NCBI GenBank assembly: GCA_020632035.1
Contig: JACKGG010000005.1
Location: 4,855-68,854, forward strand
Length of the DNA: 64,000 nt
Direction: 5' to 3'
From: Candidatus Nomurabacteria bacterium
GTDB lineage: Bacteria; Patescibacteriota; Minisyncoccia; Phycocordibacterales; UBA918
Shown: positions 27,951-36,900 of the stretch, one piece after another
Numbering within the stretch: the stretch's first letter is position 1
Layout of the letters: each line of letters starts with the position of its first letter
Program-made: the position numbers and the translations under genes
The notes under the pieces: model-generated
Told to the model about the DNA's origin: nothing
Database searches by the model: none
What the model saw: the letters and a program-made list of their open reading frames with translations, nothing else

Positions 27951-29039
27951 ATGGCTATTTTACGCTTGTCCAATATTAAACTGAGAGCAGGAGCATTTAT
28001 GCTAGCGCTGATAGCTGTTATAATTTTTTTGATTACTCCTCATCAGGCAGGAGCTCAGCAGGTTGGTGTTAGTATAACTCCTGCTACAATTGAAGAAACT
28101 TTAGATCCTAGTCAAGAACAGACCTACACACTAACAATTGAAAACCTAAACAGTTCAGACCAAAAATACTATTTGTTTACTAAAAATATTTCTGGAGTTG
28201 AAAATGGAGGGGTGCCAATATTTGCAAAAAGTGATCAAGAAGTCACAGGTTATGAACTCACTGATTGGATAGATCTTCCACTAAATGAAGTCGACGTCAG
28301 TGCTGGGGAAGAATATAGTTTTCAGTTTAAGATTTCTGTTCCTGAAAATGCTACGCCGGGCAGCCACTTTGGAGGGATATTTATCTCAGTTGACCCACCA
28401 GAAATAGAGAAAAGTGGAGCAGCTGTGGGTTACCAGGTAGCTAATATAATTAGTATACGGGTGTCAGGTAAGGCCAAAGATGAAGCAACTATAAGACAGT
28501 TTTCGACTACTAAATTTTTTTACGGATCACAGAATGTAGATTTTTTGGCTCGTATAGAAAATACCGGTAACGTATTGATACGCCCAGTTGGTTTATTAGA
28601 AGTTTACAACATGCTGGGTAAAAAAGTTGGTGATGTAGGATTTAATACAGAAAGATCAGCAGTCTTCCCAAATGATACTCGAGAGTTCAATAAGATTTCT
28701 TGGCAAGGAAACTCGATTGGTTTTGGTCGATATGAGGCCCAGTTAAGTGCTAATTACGGTGATTCAGGAGCCAAAAAAAGCATGTATAGTACTGTTTCAT
28801 TTTGGATATTGCCAATGAACATAATTGGCCCGGCGCTTGCGGTTTTGGCAGTCTTGTTCCTAATTATATTTATATTTGTTAGAGTCTATATAAAGCGGTC
28901 ATTGTCTCACATAAACTATGGACGAAGGATTGTAAAAAAACGAAGGAACAACAGCTCTTCAACAACGTTGCTGGTTATAGTGGTTACTCTTACGGTTACG
29001 GCTTTATTCCTCATTGTAATGCTGGCACTTTTTGCATAG
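27951..29039 (+). CDS. DUF916-like cell-surface protein with C-terminal TM anchor and basic tail
   Basis: Signal peptide. The N-terminal beta-rich region 'VGVSITPATIEETLDPSQEQTYTLTIENL' is like DUF916 (CscB-type). A C-terminal TM helix is followed by 'KRRNNSSS' and a second hydrophobic segment. Confidence 0.45.
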   Translation: MAILRLSNIKLRAGAFMLALIAVIIFLITPHQAGAQQVGVSITPATIEETLDPSQEQTYTLTIENLNSSDQKYYLFTKNISGVENGGVPIFAKSDQEVTGYELTDWIDLPLNEVDVSAGEEYSFQFKISVPENATPGSHFGGIFISVDPPEIEKSGAAVGYQVANIISIRVSGKAKDEATIRQFSTTKFFYGSQNVDFLARIENTGNVLIRPVGLLEVYNMLGKKVGDVGFNTERSAVFPNDTREFNKISWQGNSIGFGRYEAQLSANYGDSGAKKSMYSTVSFWILPMNIIGPALAVLAVLFLIIFIFVRVYIKRSLSHINYGRRIVKKRRNNSSSTTLLVIVVTLTVTALFLIVMLALFA

Positions 29040-29059
29040 GCGAGTAAAATAGAAATACT

Positions 29060-29464
29060 GTGACACACAACTCTACCTATCATAGAATCTTAAGGATTTC
29101 TGCCCTCGTCTGTGCAGTGGTTCTTCTATTTGAGAGTGGATTGTTAAGCCAAACTTCAGCAAAAATGGCTCATGATACTAGTGTGTATCTGGCCAATGCA
29201 ATTGGTATGTCAGCCTCAGTTCAGCCAACAGAGCTAAATACCTATACTGCAGCTTTGACGCAAAAGGAACGTGAGCTTGATTCTAGGGAAGCAGCTTTAA
29301 GAGAAAGAGAAGTTGCAGTAAATCTTTCAACTGATAGTAATTCATCAGATACTGTAACTTATATTTTGGCTAGCATTCTTTTTGTCCTACTAGTGCTTAT
29401 ACTTCTAAACTACACACTTGACTATATAAGAGCAAAAGAAGCGAGAATGTCGCAAACTGTGTAG
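29060..29464 (+). CDS. small bitopic membrane protein with coiled-coil segment
   Basis: 134 aa with N- and C-terminal hydrophobic helices flanking 'KERELDSREAALREREVAV'. Confidence 0.4.
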   Translation: MTHNSTYHRILRISALVCAVVLLFESGLLSQTSAKMAHDTSVYLANAIGMSASVQPTELNTYTAALTQKERELDSREAALREREVAVNLSTDSNSSDTVTYILASILFVLLVLILLNYTLDYIRAKEARMSQTV

Positions 29465-29507
29465 TGCTAAGAAAAAATATCTTTTTGCAGGTTACAATAT
29501 ATATTGT

Positions 29508-31412
29508 ATGGATTTCGTGATAAAACAACGAGCGCTGTTTTATGCTTTGCTCCTAGCTTTTTTAGGAAGTCTATTTTTTGTCAACTCAGATTTTGCTGAA
29601 GCTGTGAATGTTGTTGAGTACAAAGACGTTATATCTGATTCCGGTCCATCAGAGCAATCCAATCATAGTCTATCGTTTGTCTTGAATACTAATCTTTCGC
29701 CTGGAAGTACATTTGAGGTCACTCCACCAGATGGGTTTAGCGTTATTTCTGCTGCCACTTTTGCAGAAAGAAACGTAGAGTTAGTTATCGATGGTATACC
29801 AAGAGTAGCCAGTGATGCGCTTGCTCCTGGAGTCGATATGGTAGAAATTACTCCAGGTTCACCTGGCTTTATTAAGTACACCCTAGCGCCAGATGCTTCT
29901 GTGAGTTCTGGCAGTCAAATCGAATTCAAGATCGGTAACCATACTTCTAATTCTCAGCAAATAGGAACAGCCTACAGTTCGACAACTGGTACGACCACTG
30001 TACCAGCAGACATAGAGCCAATTATTAACTCATCAGATTTAGGGAAACACGATGTCCAGTTAGAGATATATGACGGTAGCTTAGTTGCCAACGCTGACTT
30101 TGTAGTTTTCTTAGTTGAAAAAGTGCAAATGCCAGGTATTGATACTACTGAAGAAATTCCTCCATTTCGTTTTAATCCGGCTCCAACTAGTACAGTAGGA
30201 GGAACTACGCTCAGTGTAGAAATATCTCTGGAAACAGATGAGTTTGCAATTTGTCGGTATAGCACTAGTCCAGATGTTGCTTACGTTGCAATGACCAATA
30301 CTTTCAGTAATACTGGTTTAATCTACCACTCAACTGTGGTGACGGTCACTCCAAGTACAGTCGCTTCATATTATGTAAGATGTATCGATGATGAAGGCAA
30401 CTTCAACATAGACGACTTCTTAATACAGTTTACTGTTAATGATACTCCAACCGGGACTTCAAACGAAGAGGGTGACGTAGACGGAGATGGTACTGGTACT
30501 GGGAATTCTGGTAGTGGGGATGGTTCTGGTGGAGGAGGTACATCTGGTGCTTCAGATGGTGTAGAACCATTGGCAGGGGGTAGTACTGGTTCTGGTGGTT
30601 CTGGCGGTGGCGGGGGAGGCGGCTCAGGCGGTAGTTCTGGTAGTTCAGGAGGAGGAGGTTTTGAGAGTACTGATGCTCCATACAGAAGTGGTGACGGTCG
30701 GGTAGAAATCTCTGGCTACGCTTATCCAAACAGTTCGGTCACGATTTTGGTTGACGGTAACATTTTTTCGACAGTGAAAGCAAATAGCTCTGGCTCTTAC
30801 TCTGAGACTCTAGATGAAATTGCTAGAGGTGTATACACCTTTGGTGTGTACGCCGACGATTCTAATAGAGTACGGTCTTCTACTTTTAGCACCTCGTTCA
30901 CTGTCACAGGAGCGCGGACCTCTGCTTTGAGTAACATCAATGTCTCACCATCAATCTCAGTAGACCCAGACCCGGTTAATCCTGGCCAGACGCTAACCTT
31001 GTCTGGTTACGCATTACCAAATTCAGTTGTCACTATAGAAAACGGTCGACTAAATCGAGCTAGTAGTCAAACATTGTCTGCAAATTCTGATTCAAGTGGT
31101 AAGTGGAGTACAATCATACCAACCAATGGATTTACAGTTGATACATATCAAGTTAGAGCCAAATCACAGCAGGACGGAGGCCAAACAACTCAGTTTTCGA
31201 AGTATACTTTTTATGGAGTCGGCAAGTCAGCTGATGTCCCACTAAACGCCGACTTAAATAGAGATGGTAAGGTTAACCTTATAGACTTTTCTATCTTGCT
31301 ATTCTGGTGGGGTGGAACTGGTGGTGACTCAGACCCGCCTGCCGATATAAACCTAGATGGTAACGTGAGTCTAACCGACTTCTCGATCCTTCTCTTCAAC
31401 TGGACTGGATAA
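29508..31412 (+). CDS. secreted multi-domain protein with Gly/Ser-rich linker, Ig-like repeats and C-terminal dockerin
   Basis: Signal peptide. An about 60-aa Gly/Ser linker sits near 30470-30670. The C-terminal tandem calcium-binding repeats 'ADLNRDGKVNLIDFSILL' and 'ADINLDGNVSLTDFSILL' (about 31231-31409) form a type-I dockerin signature. Confidence 0.65.
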   Translation: MDFVIKQRALFYALLLAFLGSLFFVNSDFAEAVNVVEYKDVISDSGPSEQSNHSLSFVLNTNLSPGSTFEVTPPDGFSVISAATFAERNVELVIDGIPRVASDALAPGVDMVEITPGSPGFIKYTLAPDASVSSGSQIEFKIGNHTSNSQQIGTAYSSTTGTTTVPADIEPIINSSDLGKHDVQLEIYDGSLVANADFVVFLVEKVQMPGIDTTEEIPPFRFNPAPTSTVGGTTLSVEISLETDEFAICRYSTSPDVAYVAMTNTFSNTGLIYHSTVVTVTPSTVASYYVRCIDDEGNFNIDDFLIQFTVNDTPTGTSNEEGDVDGDGTGTGNSGSGDGSGGGGTSGASDGVEPLAGGSTGSGGSGGGGGGGSGGSSGSSGGGGFESTDAPYRSGDGRVEISGYAYPNSSVTILVDGNIFSTVKANSSGSYSETLDEIARGVYTFGVYADDSNRVRSSTFSTSFTVTGARTSALSNINVSPSISVDPDPVNPGQTLTLSGYALPNSVVTIENGRLNRASSQTLSANSDSSGKWSTIIPTNGFTVDTYQVRAKSQQDGGQTTQFSKYTFYGVGKSADVPLNADLNRDGKVNLIDFSILLFWWGGTGGDSDPPADINLDGNVSLTDFSILLFNWTG

Positions 31413-31436
31413 AACCTGACTAGTGTCAGGTTTTAT
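31412..31436 (+). terminator. rho-independent terminator
   Basis: AAACCTGAC-TAGT-GTCAGGTTT followed by TAT. Its 3' half is the first bases of the tandem repeat unit. Confidence 0.55.
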
Positions 31437-31708
31437 CTGGTGCCGACGAGAGTCGGCAATCACCGTTGTGAGGCTTAATGCCGAACAGGTGATAGGAGGG
31501 CACCAACTCTGTCCTCGGCACTTACGCTGCGAATTGGCTATGTTCGTCCAGATTGACTAGTGTCAGGTTTTATCTGGTGCCGACGAGAGTCGGCAATCAC
31601 CGTTGTGAGGCTTAATGCCGAACAGGTGATAGGAGGGCACCAACTCTGTCCTCGGCACTTACGCTGCGAATTGGCTATGTTCGTCCAGATTGACTAGTGT
31701 CAGGTTTT
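31418..31708 (+). repeat. 137-bp GC-rich unit in exact tandem, 2.1 copies
   Basis: Unit starts are at 31418, 31555 and 31692, and the third copy ends after about 17 bp. The first two full units look identical by eye. The unit has no ORF longer than 6 codons and contains several internal helices (see findings). Confidence 0.8.
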
Positions 31709-31733
31709 ATCATAATTTTAGTTCTGCGTAATC

Positions 31734-31748
31734 TGTGGGTAACCCACA
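31734..31748 (+). promoter_or_regulatory. perfect palindrome TGTGGGTAACCCACA upstream of hsp20
   Basis: The 6-bp arms are TGTGGG/CCCACA. It lies 21 nt upstream of the TATAAT at 31769-31774. Confidence 0.3.
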
Positions 31749-31782
31749 ATTAAACTTAAGCTTCTAAGTATAATGTTAAGGT

Positions 31783-32265
31783 ATGTCGTTCTTGCAAAGA
31801 TTGAAAGGTCGGGGAGTTAGGAGTGGCGAAGCTTCTCTTTTGTCAGACGCCGAAGAAACGGCGGTAGATAAAGTAGCTCAATTGCACGTTGATGTTTTTC
31901 AAACTGAACGCATGATTGTTGTGTATGCACAATCAGCTGGAGCTGATATGAATGACGTTCATGTCTCGATTGAAGGAGATGCAGATATTGTTCTTATCGA
32001 AGGTAAAAGAATCAGGCCAGAATATATTGTTTTCCCTAAAAAGAAAGTCAGTGGATCTTTCGTGGCAGAAGAATGTATTTGGGGAGATTTTTACCGAAGG
32101 ATTATCTTGCCTGAAAGTGTAAATATAGATAAAGCTGAAGCAAAAATAAAAAATGGTGTTCTGATCCTCGTCCTGCCACTTTTGAAGCCAAGTGAAAAAG
32201 AAAAAGTTCAGTTAAAAGTTATGGGAGGTAAAGGCATTACTAAGCCTAGGCAGAAGCCAAATTAG
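31783..32265 (+). CDS. Hsp20/alpha-crystallin family small heat-shock protein
   Basis: 160 aa. The alpha-crystallin domain motifs are 'VHVSIEGDADIVLIEGKR' and 'GSFVAEECIWGDFYRRIILPESVNIDKAEAKIKNGVLILVLPL'. Confidence 0.8.
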   Translation: MSFLQRLKGRGVRSGEASLLSDAEETAVDKVAQLHVDVFQTERMIVVYAQSAGADMNDVHVSIEGDADIVLIEGKRIRPEYIVFPKKKVSGSFVAEECIWGDFYRRIILPESVNIDKAEAKIKNGVLILVLPLLKPSEKEKVQLKVMGGKGITKPRQKPN

Positions 32266-32286
32266 TTTGAATCAGATCTTGTTCCT

Positions 32287-33816
32287 ATGTTGTACCTTTT
32301 AAATAAAATTTCAAAACTAACACTAGCAGTCGGATTTACTGTAGCTTTGTTTCTGTCTCTATTTTCTTATACATATGCAGCGGATTTATCAATTTCTCCA
32401 AGCACAGGCTCTTACACTGTAGGTCAAACTTTCACTGCTACCATACGAGCAATCCCAAATGGTGACAGTGTAAACGCAGTTGAGGCAACTTTATCTTACA
32501 ACCCTGCCGTTTTGTCGGTAGTGAGTGTTAGTAAGACTGGTTCAGCTTTCTCGCTTTGGACTACAGAACCAACGTTTTCAAACTCGGCTGGCACTATTCA
32601 GTTCGGAGGTGGTAGTCCGACACCATTTACATCTTCCTCAAACTTGTTGAGCGTCACTTTCAGAACAGTTGCAGAAGGTACAGGATCAATAAAGTTTACA
32701 GAAGCATCAGTTTTAGCCGCAGATGGTAGAGGAACTGATGTATATAAAGCAGCAACAGACGGATCTTTTACGGTTACAGCCGGCACCGCTCCAACACCAA
32801 CTCCAACACCAACTCCTACTCCGACAGACACTGCAGAAGAATCAGATAATGAAGAAGCAATTATCTTTGGTGATCCTCCAAGGCAACCAGAAGTAGGTTC
32901 CCAGACTTTCCTTGATCCCGAAATTTGGTACAACCGAACAGATGGTGTCTTTACTTGGACCCTACCGTTTGATGTTAGTGCCGTAGCAGTGGAAATCTCA
33001 GATGACCCTAATAACATTCCTCAAGACCATGAAGATTCGATTATTGATCCACCGGTTGAAGAATTTTCTGTCAGTAAAGAAACTGTTAAGGATGGAGTAC
33101 AGTACATCAGTGTTAACTTTCAAAACCAAGTCGGTTGGGGAGCAGTTACAAACAGAAAAGTTCAAATCGATACAACTCCACCCGAACCTTTTGCAATAAA
33201 TGTTCAGGCTGGAAATTCGCCAACCTCATTCCCGCTACTAAAGTTTGAAGCTACTGACAAAACTTCAGGTATCGAGTATTACGACATGACGATTGCTGAT
33301 AAGGAACCATTACGGGTTACACCAGATGAGGCTAGATTGGGTTACTTACTAAAAGAACTTGAAGATGGTACTTATACTGTCAAAGTCATTGCTACTGACA
33401 GGGCAGGAAACGTTAGAGAAAGTAGTGTGGCTGTCCTTATAACTGCTGGTTGGATTAAGCCAGTTGAAAATCTAGACGAAGGTTCATTCTGGGACTTTAT
33501 CACAGCTGTCAACCTGTTTATTTTCTTCCTAGTTGTTATAATCTTATTGCAGATAGTATACTTCTGGTATGAGCATAAACGTCTAAAAGAAAAAGATGAA
33601 AAGTTGAGAAGAGAGACTCGAGAAATTCAAGATCAGATGGAAAAGATATTCTCTGCTTTAAGGGACGAAATATACGACCAGATAAACACAATAACAAAAA
33701 GGAAAAGAATGTCAGTCAAAGAAAAGGAGGCGGTTGAACAACTTACACAAGCGCTTGAAGTGTCAGAGACCTTGATTGAGAAGGAAATCAATGACGTAAA
33801 GACAATTTTGAAGTAA
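32287..33816 (+). CDS. membrane-anchored cohesin-domain protein (scaffoldin-like) with TP-repeat linker and cytoplasmic coiled-coil tail
   Basis: Signal peptide. The cohesin-like beta-sandwich is 'ADLSISPSTGSYTVGQTFTATIRAIPNGDSVNAVEATLSYNPAVLSVVSV...IKFTEASVLAADG' (about 32380-32785). A (TP)n linker follows. The TM helix is 'FITAVNLFIFFLVVIILLQIVYFWY', and a charged coiled coil (KEKDEKLRRETREIQDQMEK...) follows it. Confidence 0.6.
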   Translation: MLYLLNKISKLTLAVGFTVALFLSLFSYTYAADLSISPSTGSYTVGQTFTATIRAIPNGDSVNAVEATLSYNPAVLSVVSVSKTGSAFSLWTTEPTFSNSAGTIQFGGGSPTPFTSSSNLLSVTFRTVAEGTGSIKFTEASVLAADGRGTDVYKAATDGSFTVTAGTAPTPTPTPTPTPTDTAEESDNEEAIIFGDPPRQPEVGSQTFLDPEIWYNRTDGVFTWTLPFDVSAVAVEISDDPNNIPQDHEDSIIDPPVEEFSVSKETVKDGVQYISVNFQNQVGWGAVTNRKVQIDTTPPEPFAINVQAGNSPTSFPLLKFEATDKTSGIEYYDMTIADKEPLRVTPDEARLGYLLKELEDGTYTVKVIATDRAGNVRESSVAVLITAGWIKPVENLDEGSFWDFITAVNLFIFFLVVIILLQIVYFWYEHKRLKEKDEKLRRETREIQDQMEKIFSALRDEIYDQINTITKRKRMSVKEKEAVEQLTQALEVSETLIEKEINDVKTILK

Positions 33817-33848
33817 AATAAAGAAGTAATCCACATATAATTAACGAT

Positions 33849-33882
33849 ACCGCGCCACTCACATCGAGTGGCGCGGTATACT
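33849..33882 (+). terminator. strong GC hairpin (ACCGCGCCACTC-ACAT-CGAGTGGCGCGGT), possible terminator
   Basis: A perfect 12-bp stem. The downstream tract is TATACTTATAA, which is T/A-rich but not a clean U-run. Confidence 0.4.
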
Positions 33883-33931
33883 TATAATTGGCCCCTATTC
33901 TAAATTAGCGGGGTGGGGCTTACGTGTACTG

Positions 33932-36900
33932 GTGAATAAAAAACAATTTCACAACACAATAAAAAATCGAATAAAAGCATTGTTTAAAGCGCCAGATGGG
34001 AGAAAGCGGGTTTTTGATGTGCTTAAATTTAATACTAAACAAGTTCCTTTCCTCATTTTGGCTGTCTTTGTAACTTGCGCTCTACCTTACGTACATGCCC
34101 AGTTTTACGCGAATGCTGTTATTGTTCGCACTGTTAATGTTTTCCCAGCGAAAATCACTGCACCTGGATGGAAGAATGCAGAAACTTTAAATTTTCAAAA
34201 TCTCGATGAATATGCGTTGCTCCAAGAGTTTAATTCGATAAACTCAGCAACGATAGACAAAGGTTGGTCTTTACAGCCTGGAGAAACAAAACTTCCTGCG
34301 GATAAACCTGAGGCGATTAATACTCAGAAAAATGCCCAGTCTGCTTCTTCTTTAGATTCTTCAACTTCAACACCAGAAAGTGAAGTGGAAGTGACCGGAG
34401 CGTCTACCACAACAGTCCAGTTTGATGTAATTGAAAACGATGTTACCGAATCAGCTTTTGATGAAATTATTTCTAGTCAAGATACCTCGACTCAGGAAGT
34501 TATTGAGCCAGAAATTATTATAGATAAAGATGTTCCTGACGAAGCAACAACTACAGTAATGAGAAGAGTAGAATCGTTATTTGCTCTAGCTGTATCCAGC
34601 GTTACGTCTTTCTTTGATTCTTCGGCTACTACCGATGAACAACCGCCTAAAGAAGAAGTTGTTGATTCAACCGAGTTAGAGAATCCAGAAGTACTAGTTA
34701 ATGAATTAGATTTTAGTACACTAAACTCATCGACTATAACTACTGAGGAAGTCTTTGAGGAAAATCTATCTCCCGCTACACCAAATACTCAGGAAGTAGA
34801 AATAGTTGCCACTAGTACGGAAGTAAGTACTGAAATAGAGGCTTTCAACACTAGCAGTGAAACAGCTACAGGAATAGTAGAAGAGACACTTAATATCGCT
34901 TCTACCACTAATCAGCCAGTAGAAAAAATAGCAGACCAGGTAAATCAAGAACTTAAATTAGAAACAGAGGATAAAATCGAATGTCTAGAGAATTGTATTC
35001 CATATGTAATATCTCTATCTGACTTTGGTTTTCCTTTAGATGAAAAAGTCGAAATAACCGGTGCCCAATTAAGACTATCCTTTGCGGCTCGTAAAAAAGA
35101 AACCCGTAATCATATCCCAGAATTTTCAATCCGCTATTCATTAGATGGTGCTAAGTCTTGGACGGAGGCTGGATCGGTAGTGATTGATGATGAATCTTCT
35201 AATAGTGTAAACGGGGGTTATTATCTTTTTGCTTTACCAGAGGTTGTCGATCAAGAAGCTCTGAACAACTTACAAGTAGAATTGGTTTACTTAGATAATC
35301 CTGAAGTGCTAGATAATTTATATGTAGAAAGCGCTTGGTTAGAATTATTTACCCTAGAAACTTCAACCGATCAACCACTTGTCGATTTTGAAGAGTTGTT
35401 AAGAGATGATGGCTTTGATGAAGAGTTGTTGTCTGGTGACAACCTAGTCCTTCCAGACGGTAAAGAATTAAAGTTTGAGTTTACTGACAACAATAAAGAT
35501 GAAACTCTCATTATCAAAACTAACGAAGTAACATACGCAGGTCTGTCAGAAGCGACTACCTACTTTAGTGTCACTAACACATCAAATAGCTCTGATGAAT
35601 TCTCAGTTAAAACCTATTTCCCAGCTGGTGTCGGTGAAGTAACTTCTCTTGAAGTTTTTAATCAAAACAAGCCAAGACAAGCTGTTATTCCTGAATATCG
35701 ACCTTATGTTTATCATTGTGAGGGTGGTTGGGAGTATGCTGGGGAAGTTCTTCCACAAACTCTACAAGAATTATCAGAAAGCCTGTCTGGTGGAGGTGCA
35801 CTGTCTCCAGAAGACTCTTCAGTCACCACAACGCCAGAAATAACTGAATTTATTGAATCCATAGAGACTAAAGATAATAGTGAAGCAGTGGAGGAAACAA
35901 ACGTAGATTTCTCTTTACCAACCAGCACTGAAGAGAACGTTATAGAGTTCAATTTGCCTACATCTAGTAATACGACCACTGTTTTACGCCAATTAAACAC
36001 CCTTTCACAGTTGCTGCAGTTTTCTACAGTTACGACTAATACTGTCGACTTCGCACAAACACTAGACCAGATTGACTCAGCATCATCAACCGCTGTGTCT
36101 GGTGAAGACCTGGTCCAATCGTACAGTTGTCGAAACACCAACGTGGTTAGAGTATGCGATGAATTAGATGGCTCTAATACAGCGTGCAAGATGAGCCAGG
36201 TTAAGGTTCAGGATCATCAGATTACAAAGTATGCTCCTGGTTGGGATACTTCAACCATAAAAGAAGGATCTGCACCAAGACCGAGCTTCTTACGGCGAGT
36301 AGCTGAATTCATCGGCTTTGGTCCAAACCGTAAAGAGATCCCAGAAGACTTTGAAGTCCGAGTTCATACTCCTGATACATACGCTATAGAACCAGGTGAA
36401 ACGAAGTACTTCAAGATGGACATTTCTTTTCCTCCATTTTCAAGAGGTGAATATTGGATCGAAGCAGTTGGTAATAGTGAATATGGACTATTGGATCCAT
36501 TCTGGTCATCTGAGTGGCAATATCGTATACCGGTAAAAGTATCTAACCCAACTGATGAACCTCAGTCTGAATATCAAGTATTATTTGAGTTGGATTCGTC
36601 ATTGGCTGATTTCTGGAGTAACGTAAATAGTGACGGTTCAGATATTCGTTTTGTACAAGAGACGAGATTAGGTAATTTGTATGATAGTACTGGACCAGAA
36701 TTTGGTAATTTATTTGGTGAAGCATGGGGTGGACGTATTGCTCTGGTGATAGCCTCTACCAGCGTAAGTACAGGCGTTACTGATTTCCCTGTGTTTGTTG
36801 ATTTATCCACTCTTGGTTCAGTCTTTTGGAGTGGAGTCGCTTCAGATGGTTCAGATATTCGTATAACGAAACAGGACGGTTTTTCAGAATTACCATATGA

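Noticed and set aside
31418-31708. Possibility that the 137-bp tandem repeat is a CRISPR array or a ROSE-type RNA thermometer for hsp20
   Set aside because: The units are identical and contiguous with no unique spacers, and no cas genes are present, so it is not CRISPR. The best hsp20 promoter (TATAAT at 31769) lies downstream of the repeat, so the repeat would not be in the hsp20 5' UTR unless there is read-through. The thermometer idea is not supported.
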